Positions 31,301-40,396 of a DNA stretch of 64,000 bases are shown piece by piece; position 1 is the first letter of the stretch, and the number at the start of each line of letters is the position of its first letter. The notes under the pieces were generated by a model. The model saw nothing but the letters and a program-made list of their open reading frames with translations, had not been told where the DNA came from and did no database searches. The translations under genes were made by a program, and so were the position numbers. The DNA comes from Anaeroplasma bactoclasticum (GTDB taxonomy: Bacteria; Bacillota_I; Bacilli_A; ML615J-28; CAG-313). The DNA lies in the NCBI GenBank assembly GCA_023667245.1, contig JAMPAL010000002.1:20732-84731 (forward strand), in the 5' to 3' direction.

Positions 31301-34300
31301 CTTTAAACTATTTGGGAATGTAATGGATTTCAATGATGAAGTAAACACAAAAGCATATTGATCAATGGATTGTAAATTATTAGGAAGTGTAATACTTTCT
31401 AGCGATTCACAAGCCGCAAATGCGTATTCTGGAATGGTTTGAATACCATTTGGAAGAACGATATTTTTAAGACTCTTACAAGCATTAAATACATTCTTAC
31501 CTAGTGTATCTAATACACATCCATTTGCAAATTCTATTTCAACTAAGTTATAACAATTATTAAATGCATAATCACCAATAGTTTTCATTGTTTTTGGAAC
31601 AATTACTTTGGTAATATTGGTTTGACCAGCAAATGCATAAGTTCCAATGGTAGTAACACCTTCTGGGATGGCAAATACACCATCCATTCTACCGAATAAG
31701 AATTGAATTGCTGTACCATCAACATTTAAAATGATGGGTTGTGTTTCTGAAACTCTAAAGTTTTCACTATGTTCTGCAACAACAATGGTTTGAATACCAG
31801 AGCATTTCACAAATAGATTACTAATTGAAGTTACTGCTTCTGATAAATAAACATGAGTTAAATTGCTATCACCTTCAAATAAATGTACCATTGTACCAGA
31901 ACCAAGTGTAATTTTATTATAAACACCAGCTTCATCAACACCACAATATGGGAAAGCAAATGATGTAAGACTACTACAATTTCCAAATGCTCTTTGACCA
32001 ATCATTTGCAAACTTGAGCCTTCTTCTGTATCCGTACCTTCAAAAGTAACTGTTACTAATGACTTACAATTTTGGAATGCATAATTATCAATTTTTTTGA
32101 TAGATTGAGGGAAAGAAATTGATGTAATTGGAGTATAACAGAATGCATTTGCTCCAATTGTTTCTAGTTGCGATCCTTCCGCAAATGTGACTGATGCTAG
32201 CAGTATATCATTATAAAATGCCCATGTTCCAATGGATGTAACTGAAGCTGGGATAACGACAGATTGGATAAATTTACAACCATAAAAAGCATTATCTGAT
32301 ATAGTTTGAAGTCCTTCTGGAAGATTTAACGATGTAATACCTGAATAAGCAAAGGCATATTTTCCTAACACCAAATCAGGAGCCGTTTCAGCAAATGTTA
32401 AATCTGTTAAACCAGAACATTGATAGAATGCATTGTCACCGATTTTCTTTGTAGTAGATGGAATATATACTGTTTTAATTTTAGACATACCCGCAAATGC
32501 ATATTTACCTATTGTTGTTAATCTTTCAGGTAATATAATCGTTTCTAGATTATCACACATTGCAAATGTACCATAATAATATGTATATTCATCCCCTGAT
32601 GATACAGTTCCATCTCCCAGTTCAAGAGGAACGGTTCCACCTTCTTCAAATGTTATTTTATTAAGGGAACTACAATAATAGAAAGTTTTTGTAGGCAAGA
32701 ACTCTACTGTATTAGGAATCACTACTTCACGAAGCAAATCACATCTATAAAATGCTTGTGTACCAATATTTTTTAATCCATTAGGTAACTCAAGTTGAGA
32801 TAAGTTTGTACATTCATAAAATGCAAAGCTACCAATTGATAACTCGGTATCTATCCCATTGCTAAATGTCAATTCTTCGATTGATTTATTTTGATAGAAG
32901 GAACGATTAGCAAGTGCAATGACATTACTTGGTAAGTCAATTTTTCCACCTTTATTTTGAGGACAAACAAGTAATTCATAACCCAAAATTTCTCCTTCTT
33001 TATTTTTCACTACACGATATAAAATACCATCTATAACTTTATAATTTTCATTTTCACCAACTAAAACAAATTCAGTTAAACTCTTACAGAAATCAAATGA
33101 ACGAATTCTATCTTCTTTATCATCAGTAAGGGTACTTCCTGATTCTACAATCACTTCAAGCGATGTAGGTAAAGTAATGCGAACCGCACTAGAGCAACTT
33201 TGGAATGCTTCAGCTCCAATGGATTTAACGTTACTCGGAATAACGATTTCAGGAATAGCCTCACATGCTTTAAACGCCGCATCTAAGATTTGAGTTAGTC
33301 TTTCAGGAAGTTGAAGATTCACTAAAGCTCTACAACTATAAAATGCCATAGAACCAATAACAAGTTCTTCAGTTCCACCTTCTTCAAAAATAACTTCTTT
33401 TAAATTTGTACAATTTGCAAATGCACTTGTACCAATCAATTTAACGTTCTTACTAATTGTAATCGATGTAATACCTGTTTTATTTTCAAATACTTTAGCG
33501 CCAATTTCTACTACTGTTTCTGGTACTACATAATTACCTTCTCTTTCAGTAGGATAATACACAATTTTCGTTACATCTTTGTCAAATAAAACGCCATCAA
33601 TTGATGCATAATTGGTATTACCTTCTTCTACTACTACTTTAGCCAATACTTTGGAACCAAATACACCTGTAATATCAAATGCTGCTACTTCTTTTGCTAT
33701 AAATAATTCCTTCACATAATATGTTGGAGATATGGAAACAGAAGTAGTTGTCGTACCAAATGCTGCATACTCAAAATTAATATTTGGACTTACTGCATAT
33801 ACATTGACTTTAGTCAGTTTTGATGTACCACCAAAAGCATTTTTTTCCATTACAGTTAGGTTTGCTGGAAGTGTAACTTCTGTCAAACTTGCATTGTTGC
33901 ATCCATAGAATGCACTATTTTTGATTGTTAACGCACTATCTTCAGCACCACCTAAGAAATTTATTTTTTCAAGGGCAGTACATGATTTAAATGCATTCTT
34001 TTCAATTAGAGTCACTTGACCAGAAATATTGATCTCTATTAATCCTTTACAAGAATCAAATGCACTTTCTCTAATTGTTTGAATACCTACTGGAGTCGTA
34101 TATGTTGGACCTTTTGCACGCGGGAAAAAGATAATTTCTGTTTTATCAACATCCATCAGTACACCATCCATAGATGAATATACTGCATTTTCATATGTAC
34201 CAGTAATATTTACAGCAACTAATTTTGAACAAGAATTAAAAATATCTGCGTTAAATGATGTCAATCTAGCTGGTAAATTAATAACCTCAAGAGAAGTATT

Positions 34301-37300
34301 GCTTGCAAATACCTTTGAACCAAGCATTAACTCTTGCACCGCTGCTCCTTCTTCTGGATTTAAGAATGTAACAGTTGTTAATTTTGAACAAGATTGGAAT
34401 GCATTTTCATCAATTTTTGTAACGGTTGCTGGAATAATAATTTCTGTAATTTTAGAACAGCTCTTGAATGCATTAATCGGAATGGTTGTTACAATACTAG
34501 GAATAGTATAAGTACCACCTTTTGTGTTATATGGGAAATATTTAATTTCGTAGCCATTATATTCGTTTCGATAAATTAACACGCCATCAACTGAAAAATA
34601 ACGGATATCTTCTTCAAGCAGTCCCTCAACTGGATATACATTTACTGCTTGTAAATTTGTACAAGATTGGAAACATGAACCAGTACCATTAGGACCTTGA
34701 GATCCAACTTCTACATTTAGAATTGAGGCTGGAATATTCACAGTAATTAAGTTAGAACAAGATTGGAATGCACTTGCTTCAACAGTTGTTACTGGTAGAC
34801 CTAAGTATGTTGTAGGGATAGTTATCGTTGATACATAGCCAATACCAGGACCTTTAGAAACAGAATACGCTTTGCCATCATTAATCAAATCAAATGTAAA
34901 CACATCTACCCAACCAGCATATAATGTAACTTCTCCATAATCTCTCCAATTTTTAAGAGATTTACCTTGTTCATTTGTATATCTTTCACCTTGAGCATTC
35001 AACTCTGAATACCAACCAATAAATGCTTTTAAATTACTTTCAGTTTTAGGAATTGGTAAAGTAAATGGTGAGCCAAATTGTGTAGTTACTTGATCAATTT
35101 CACCACTACCATAAGTAGCATAATCTAATTTTGCAACATATTCTTTTCCGTTCCAAGAAGCAAAAATTTCAATATCTGTATCCGCTTCAAACGTTTCTGC
35201 GGTAAATAAATTACCAGAATTTACAGCACCATTTTCAATATCATACCAACCTATGAAGTTATATCCTTCAAATGTTGGAATAGGTAATGATGGAATTTTG
35301 TCTCCTTTAACAAAATATAAATTTTCAAGTGTTTCACCACCGCTTGTATTAAGAATTAGTGCATATACTTCAACAGCATATGGAAAAAATTCTCCATAAT
35401 TTCCCTCGTTATCAACAGCGGTGACATAAATGGTATGTTTACCTGATGTTATTTTATAATCTACTTGAGTATCATTTTCAACAAAAATAATTTCGCTATC
35501 ATCCACTTTAACAGCATATTTTCCAACAAATGGAACCGAGTTCCAGCTGATTACACCATTTTTATATTCAATGGTGTTGACTCCATCCTTACTAATAAAT
35601 ACATCAGGACTATACAATGAATTATTTTTTTCTTCCGTCGCAACAGCTTGAACACTAATTACAAATTCATCAAGTGTTTCAATTTCTTCAAGTGTTAATG
35701 TATAAGCATTTGTTGAAGATGTAAATAACTTATCTCCAATTTTAATATTATATCCAATAGCCCCTTCAACTGCATCCCATAATACTTCACAACCTATTAC
35801 TTTAATATTTGTTGGTGTGAATAATGCTGTTTTATTGTAATCGTATTTTGTTGTTTTCGCATAACATCCTTGAGCAACTGGAGTAATAGTAAAACTCAAA
35901 TTACCATAGAAACTATCAATTGCAAGCATATTGTTGGTCGTTGTATAAGTATATGTTTGACCATTTGGAGTAAGGATAGTTACTTTATAACTAGTTGCAT
36001 TTTCAACTACATCCCACATTAATGTTTGAGTCGCTGCATCAACTGTAACATTAGTTACTTCACTTAATTCTCTATACAACATTACTTCTTTAGAAGTAGA
36101 TGACATATATCCATTTGCTTTTGCAGTAACGATAAATTTAATACCTTTATCTGGCATCAAACATTCGCTAAAGTCATATTCATTTACATCGCCTAAATCA
36201 AGCATTTTATGCTGATGGCCACTTAAACCACACTCAACCGTTATTAAATAATTGGTTGCATTTTCCACTTTATTCCAAGTTAATTTAAATCCATCAATTT
36301 CAAATTTACAAACTTGCGTTAATTTTTTATTGCAATAGTATGCTTTTCCTGTATAATCGCCTGTAGTTACTTCTACTACATAATTTCCAGCACTTAATGT
36401 ATTAAAATCAAATTCAACATAATTGGCATTGACCCTCTTTGTAAATACAGGTTCTTCAGCAAGATCATCTGCATATCGTATATTTACTGCATATTGCTTA
36501 TTTACACCTTTATTATCCCAAGCAATTTGTCTTTCATTGACAGATACTAGCGGTGCAGAATTGGCATAGACTGCATAAAGAACTATGTCTTGTTTGATTT
36601 CCATCATTGGTAAGAATTCATATGTAAGCTTAGAGCCATCTTCATAATCACTTATCCACCAACCAATAAATGTTTTCCCCTCTACATCAACTGTTGGAAG
36701 TGTATATAATGTGTTATTGAATGTTTCAACACTTTCAATATTTACCCCCTCTATACCAGTATCAAAACTTACTGTATATTCATAATCATATTTTTCTTTC
36801 GCAACAAATCTTGCATAGATTGTTGTATCACTTGTAATGACTTCCTTTTCGAAATCAAATACAGTCAAATATGAACTATCTTTATACCAATTTACAAATA
36901 AATGATTTTCTTTTTCAGGATCTTGAGGTTTTTCACATTTTTGACCATTTTTTATCGTAAGCGTACGATTAGAACCTGCACTAAAAGTCACAGTATAATT
37001 GACATCACGATAAAAGGTATATGAATATCCTTTATAAGAAAAGCTCATTATGTTTTCTTTATAATCTACATTTACACTTTTTTTATCATTTTCAAATGTA
37101 AAATCAAGTGTAGAACCATCAAATGTATAAGAACCATTTAAAGTTTCAACGAGATTATTCAGAGTGAACTTTCCTTCATCAAGTTCCAATGAATAAGTTT
37201 CTTCATCTAGATAACTATAATACTTGCCAACTTCGCCTTGATCAACGAATTTTTTCTTTTTACAATTACACCCTGCAAAAAGGGTTGTAAAGATAAGAAA

Positions 37301-37345
37301 GGCAACTAACATAAAAATAATTTTAGCCCTAAATTTCGCCTTCAT
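28397..37345 (-). CDS. Giant surface lipoprotein (2982 aa): Flg_new repeats, five Fn3-like modules, then about 2100 aa of BspA-type leucine-rich repeats
   Basis: Lipobox FAGC. Flg_new signatures are HLFVNWY, KTFIGWW, YNFIGWY and KAFIGWY. Fn3-like modules carry the x-W-D/N-x-V-x-x-A-x-x-Y motif (LTWNKVENATNYLITV, LMWDVVENATSYKVTI, VLWDAVEGAIGYNIKI ...). Dozens of YAF(Q/K/A)(N/G)C(T/S)xL LRR units follow. There is no LPXTG motif. Confidence 0.9.
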   Translation of the reverse strand: MKAKFRAKIIFMLVAFLIFTTLFAGCNCKKKKFVDQGEVGKYYSYLDEETYSLELDEGKFTLNNLVETLNGSYTFDGSTLDFTFENDKKSVNVDYKENIMSFSYKGYSYTFYRDVNYTVTFSAGSNRTLTIKNGQKCEKPQDPEKENHLFVNWYKDSSYLTVFDFEKEVITSDTTIYARFVAKEKYDYEYTVSFDTGIEGVNIESVETFNNTLYTLPTVDVEGKTFIGWWISDYEDGSKLTYEFLPMMEIKQDIVLYAVYANSAPLVSVNERQIAWDNKGVNKQYAVNIRYADDLAEEPVFTKRVNANYVEFDFNTLSAGNYVVEVTTGDYTGKAYYCNKKLTQVCKFEIDGFKLTWNKVENATNYLITVECGLSGHQHKMLDLGDVNEYDFSECLMPDKGIKFIVTAKANGYMSSTSKEVMLYRELSEVTNVTVDAATQTLMWDVVENATSYKVTILTPNGQTYTYTTTNNMLAIDSFYGNLSFTITPVAQGCYAKTTKYDYNKTALFTPTNIKVIGCEVLWDAVEGAIGYNIKIGDKLFTSSTNAYTLTLEEIETLDEFVISVQAVATEEKNNSLYSPDVFISKDGVNTIEYKNGVISWNSVPFVGKYAVKVDDSEIIFVENDTQVDYKITSGKHTIYVTAVDNEGNYGEFFPYAVEVYALILNTSGGETLENLYFVKGDKIPSLPIPTFEGYNFIGWYDIENGAVNSGNLFTAETFEADTDIEIFASWNGKEYVAKLDYATYGSGEIDQVTTQFGSPFTLPIPKTESNLKAFIGWYSELNAQGERYTNEQGKSLKNWRDYGEVTLYAGWVDVFTFDLINDGKAYSVSKGPGIGYVSTITIPTTYLGLPVTTVEASAFQSCSNLITVNIPASILNVEVGSQGPNGTGSCFQSCTNLQAVNVYPVEGLLEEDIRYFSVDGVLIYRNEYNGYEIKYFPYNTKGGTYTIPSIVTTIPINAFKSCSKITEIIIPATVTKIDENAFQSCSKLTTVTFLNPEEGAAVQELMLGSKVFASNTSLEVINLPARLTSFNADIFNSCSKLVAVNITGTYENAVYSSMDGVLMDVDKTEIIFFPRAKGPTYTTPVGIQTIRESAFDSCKGLIEINISGQVTLIEKNAFKSCTALEKINFLGGAEDSALTIKNSAFYGCNNASLTEVTLPANLTVMEKNAFGGTSKLTKVNVYAVSPNINFEYAAFGTTTTSVSISPTYYVKELFIAKEVAAFDITGVFGSKVLAKVVVEEGNTNYASIDGVLFDKDVTKIVYYPTEREGNYVVPETVVEIGAKVFENKTGITSITISKNVKLIGTSAFANCTNLKEVIFEEGGTEELVIGSMAFYSCRALVNLQLPERLTQILDAAFKACEAIPEIVIPSNVKSIGAEAFQSCSSAVRITLPTSLEVIVESGSTLTDDKEDRIRSFDFCKSLTEFVLVGENENYKVIDGILYRVVKNKEGEILGYELLVCPQNKGGKIDLPSNVIALANRSFYQNKSIEELTFSNGIDTELSIGSFAFYECTNLSQLELPNGLKNIGTQAFYRCDLLREVVIPNTVEFLPTKTFYYCSSLNKITFEEGGTVPLELGDGTVSSGDEYTYYYGTFAMCDNLETIILPERLTTIGKYAFAGMSKIKTVYIPSTTKKIGDNAFYQCSGLTDLTFAETAPDLVLGKYAFAYSGITSLNLPEGLQTISDNAFYGCKFIQSVVIPASVTSIGTWAFYNDILLASVTFAEGSQLETIGANAFCYTPITSISFPQSIKKIDNYAFQNCKSLVTVTFEGTDTEEGSSLQMIGQRAFGNCSSLTSFAFPYCGVDEAGVYNKITLGSGTMVHLFEGDSNLTHVYLSEAVTSISNLFVKCSGIQTIVVAEHSENFRVSETQPIILNVDGTAIQFLFGRMDGVFAIPEGVTTIGTYAFAGQTNITKVIVPKTMKTIGDYAFNNCYNLVEIEFANGCVLDTLGKNVFNACKSLKNIVLPNGIQTIPEYAFAACESLESITLPNNLQSIDQYAFVFTSSLKSITFPNSLKKIMNYAFRSSGLETVTIPEGVTQFGTYVFTECYSLTEATLPTTIKTFANQLFTNCTALTTVNLPEGLTILGGYAFKGCTSLKTVKLPSTLTTFGNYTFQGCTSLESIEIPEGITYIGASKSATASSYAFDGCTALESVTFLGDKVEIIGQYAFRGCTSLRSLTFPTALTTIAAYAFQNSGLEKVVVPSTVTTLGNYAFADCQSLVSANIEGTLKSFGTYMFKGCSNLTDVIIADDNTTIGNYAFQNCENLTNVTLPAKLTTLGTYAFQNCTGLEKITLPASLVKIGGTTYSASAYTFDGCTSLAEVEILGKATYIGAYVFKNCTSLKSITLPSTCTSIGSYAFQNSGLESIDLSKVTTMGTAALKDCANLATAVLPNIAILPNYTFQNCVSLKTVEIPNKTTKIGSSTTAGYVFDGCTALENVKFLGAITHIYGYAFRNCTALKSITIPETVTELGDYAFFGSGIENINVPSKVAKLGKAVFNACPNLATLSIDGANTTYMVYDNKAIVEIATTTVVSVFNLSGDYILPEGVNIASYALNGVTLGTLTLPDTLTTLPNYALYGLAATKVVLGSGLSTLPTSLFANTNIDTVVLGAEEVAVGSNAFENSTVQTIENSENIVSIASNAFKNCKNLSTIALSDKLLKIESNAFTLSGLTSIVIPGSVECLGTYSSTSTSSGSVFKDCENLTSVILNEGLETICDSAFVGTAITSITIPSTVTRVGLNICKDVTTLKNATILCNVLNNNMFNGCTALESVQMSQHITKIPNYAFANCTSLSTIDLPNGITEIGTYAFQNCTSLTQIKLPDELVTIQTAAFANTGLTSVQIPSKVKNIFGSAFLDCANLVSVVLNEGLETLGTISTGGNPTGNVFKNCVNLETITLPQSLQSIGSGTFQNCNKIKSIVIYENCITVGDSAFAGWTSDQKVCVVASLYDITGYWYEIVSSSTFKGYWTGTDAEFVFEYNESSK

Positions 37346-37406
37346 GTTCTTCCTCCAATAAATTTAAATTTCCAAATAATCAAGTAATTTACTTAATTAT
37401 ATGCTT

Positions 37407-37415
37407 ATTATATCA
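37407..37415 (-). promoter_or_regulatory. Candidate extended -10 promoter element (TGATATAAT) for the surface cluster
   Basis: The minus-strand sequence TTTGATATAAT lies about 60 nt upstream of the ATG at 37345. No good -35 element occurs at 17-nt spacing. Confidence 0.3.
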
Positions 37416-38055
37416 AATTTCGTTTACAATCTTTACATTTTTGACATAGAAAACGCTTACATCTTGGTTTTTGCTTATTTTTTGTTTTTCCAATCCTATA
37501 AAAAAGATAAGTAAAATCTAAATTAAAGGTGTTTTTTAAGGATATAACAAAGCAATTATTTTTTTTAAAATTTAGCTGCATTAATCTTTTTTTGACTTTT
37601 GCTTAGTAAATTATTCCTATATAGATACCCTTCTCTTCTTCTTACAATAGACTAATGTAAAGCGGTAGAAAATGATTTTCATTCGCTGTATGCCTATCTA
37701 ACACGTTTTGATAATAAATCCTATCTACTAGGATCCCTTGAAATCTTGGTGGCTTTTATCAATATATATACAATTAAATATTATATCTCCATTATATCCT
37801 ACTAAATACAATTACAAGTAGTAAATAACGAAAAGAGAATCCTCATTCACTTACAAATGGCACATAGAAATTAGAACATTACAATTCATTGGCATTTTTC
37901 TAATAATTATAACATATTTTAAGAGATTTTGCCACTATATTAAACACAAATAATATTTTGAATTCAAATCCGTATTGAAAGTATATCCAAGCACTATAAT
38001 GAATTGTATTTGAACATGAAATAGACATTGTGCCATATCAAATACAATTGACTAT

Positions 38056-38085
38056 AAAAAAATACCCTCTTTTGTTAGAGGGTAT
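38056..38085 (-). terminator. Rho-independent terminator of the MATE gene
   Basis: Stem ataccctc (38062-38069) pairs with gagggtat (38078-38085). On the minus strand the hairpin is followed by a T7 run. Confidence 0.7.
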
Positions 38086-38227
38086 CTTAAGTTGTTTTTG
38101 TAGAAAATTCTTTTTATGCAATTGTATAAATAAATTTACTTCTTATTTTTTTTTAAATTGTATTAAACACTATATGTATATAACGAAAAAGAGTCATTTA
38201 ATCTAAAAAATTTATTGAATAGTGACC

Positions 38228-39631
38228 TTAATGTATTGTATTGATTGCATTCATTTTACTTAATTTTCTAAAATAATCAATTGTTAAAGCAACAACAACC
38301 ACCATAGCAATAAAATCCGCTATGGGTGCAGATACCAAAATACCATTTATACCACTAAAAATAGGTAAGATACAAATAAGTGGAATAAAGCAAATGATAT
38401 CTCTTATCAGTGATGTTAAAACAGCTAGAATAGGTTTGCCAACTGCTTGAAAAAATATGGATGACATTTTAATTGTACAAGTGAAAATAACAAGCGAAAG
38501 AAAGATTCTAAAAGTCTTATCTGCGAAATCCCAATAATCATCTGGATTAGGTATATTTGTGGGTTTACCAAACATTCCTACTACTAAATGTGGTGCTAAT
38601 TCAAATAGCAATGTTGCAATTATACCTACAATAAGCGTACAAGACAAAATAGACTTATATAGTTTTTTTACCCGTGCAATATGTTTTGCTCCTATGTTAT
38701 ACCCTATTATTGGCTGACAACCTAAAACTATACCCACAACAATATTAATAACAACAGTGAAGACTTTACTTTCTATACCAATTACTGCAATCGGAATATC
38801 CGCACCATATTGTGACATTGAACCATACTTCGCAAGCATCATATTACATACCAAAGAAATAATCACAATCGTCACTTGCGTAATGAAGGAAGATAATCCT
38901 AATTTTATTGTTTCTACAAATACTTCAAATTGGGGTACAAAACTTTTCAATGTTAGAGTAAACGTTTTGGTGTGAAACAAATAAATGACACTAATAATGA
39001 GAGACACGACTTGACCAATAACCGTGGCCCAAGCGGCTCCTGACATTCCCCAATGACAGCCAAATATAAATATAGGATCAAGTATGATATTTACTATTGC
39101 TCCAGTAAGCATTGAGGCCATAGACCAATTGGGGCTACCATCTGCCCTAATGACTGCATTTATCATATTCATCAGCATATAGACAGGAAAAAATCCCAAA
39201 ATAATATTAAAATATTCTACCGCATATCCAATGCTATTTTCTGATGCACCAAATAATATCAAAAGTGATGTTTTCAGTGGATAAAATATCGCTATCAAAA
39301 CAATACTTATGATAAATGTAAAAAACATACCTGTTCCAACACACTTATGGGTATTTTCGTTATCCCCTTTACCCTGATGTATATTCATAAAAGTTGCACA
39401 TCCATCGCCAATCCACCAAGCGAACGCCTGAGCAATAATAAATATAGGAAATACTACCCCTGTTGCTGCATTCCCCAGTGTGGAAAGTTCGCTATTACCT
39501 ATAAATATTTGGTCAACTATGTTATATAAAGCACTTACAAGTAAAGATAGCACACACGGAATACAAAATCTCAACATCAATTTTGAAATGTTAGCTGTAC
39601 CTAAAAAATTTGTTTGTTCTTGTTTTTCCAT
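38228..39631 (-). CDS. MATE family efflux transporter
   Basis: About 12 TM helices with the MATE-type N terminus MEKQEQTNFLGTANISKLMLRFCIPCVLSLLVSALYNIVDQIFIGN. I place the start at ATG 39631, preceded by GAGGAGG. The track start at 39697 adds an implausible basic leader that overlaps a hairpin. Confidence 0.9.
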   Translation of the reverse strand: MEKQEQTNFLGTANISKLMLRFCIPCVLSLLVSALYNIVDQIFIGNSELSTLGNAATGVVFPIFIIAQAFAWWIGDGCATFMNIHQGKGDNENTHKCVGTGMFFTFIISIVLIAIFYPLKTSLLILFGASENSIGYAVEYFNIILGFFPVYMLMNMINAVIRADGSPNWSMASMLTGAIVNIILDPIFIFGCHWGMSGAAWATVIGQVVSLIISVIYLFHTKTFTLTLKSFVPQFEVFVETIKLGLSSFITQVTIVIISLVCNMMLAKYGSMSQYGADIPIAVIGIESKVFTVVINIVVGIVLGCQPIIGYNIGAKHIARVKKLYKSILSCTLIVGIIATLLFELAPHLVVGMFGKPTNIPNPDDYWDFADKTFRIFLSLVIFTCTIKMSSIFFQAVGKPILAVLTSLIRDIICFIPLICILPIFSGINGILVSAPIADFIAMVVVVALTIDYFRKLSKMNAINTIH

Positions 39632-39705
39632 AAAAACCTCCTCATAAAGATGTCGTCTTTGTCGGAGTAAAGAGCGCATGAAACCTGCGAAGAACATAAA
39701 AAGAA

Positions 39706-39739
39706 AAGAGCGTAGAAATCGTCGAATTTCTACGCTCTT
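39706..39739. terminator. 14-bp stem hairpin with T-rich tails on both strands, 75 nt upstream of the MATE start
   Basis: aagagcgtagaaat (39706-39719) pairs with atttctacgctctt (39726-39739). The plus strand continues TTTTTTGG and the minus strand continues TTTCTTTTTAT. Confidence 0.45.
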
Positions 39740-40396
39740 TTTTGGCTGTTCAACATTGACTATTTTACCAAATTTATATCATTTTGTCAAACAAAATAAA
39801 TTGTTAACGATACTATTAGTTAGTTTAATGAATGAAAATTGTGAATCTGTCTAATCCAAAAAATAATACTCAAAAGCGCTTTTATTAATGTATTAAGTGT
39901 TTTGTTCAAACACTGCTTTTAAGATTACAAATCAGGACTAGTGACAGGCTTTCAGAAAAAACAAAGGTTAGTGCAAACTTACTAAAAAGTCGGTCACAAT
40001 GCGTGTATAACTTTCAACAGGAGAACCTAAATAAAATTTGAAAAACCAACAAGAAACCAATATGGAAAATTTGTTCCCACATTCAGATTTACCGAATTTA
40101 TAATATTATGATATTTTTTGAGAGTATTTCTCTAATCATTTTATATTCATAGATGATATAATTATATGGCCAATAATAAGGGTTGTTAAATGAATAACTA
40201 TATTGAATAAGGTATAATAGCGATTGATATTTGATAAATAAGGAGCAAAGGTTAGTTGAATTTATTGTTCAAATAAGACATATTTTATAAAGCTATATTT
40301 GTCGGTTATTCACCATATCATCAGACAACAAATATCAACAAAACTAAATGCACCATTTCGAAGTGAATACAAAAAAAGCAACTAAGGAGAATAAAA

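Noticed and set aside
12691-37345. Many plus-strand track ORFs nested inside the large minus-strand genes. Examples are 14643..14867, 15800..16087, 18633..19028, 23297..23518, 25336..25530, 26799..27146, 27755..28018, 29082..29471 and 34299..34511.
   Set aside because: They are antisense to long, motif-rich genes, lack RBS context, and have low-complexity or hydrophobic nonsense translations. These are typical shadow ORFs of AT-rich coding DNA.
28397-37345. Regular nucleotide periodicity that could suggest a CRISPR array or satellite.
   Set aside because: The repeats are in-frame units of about 69-75 nt encoding leucine-rich repeats within one continuous ORF. There are no unique spacers between identical repeats and no cas genes.
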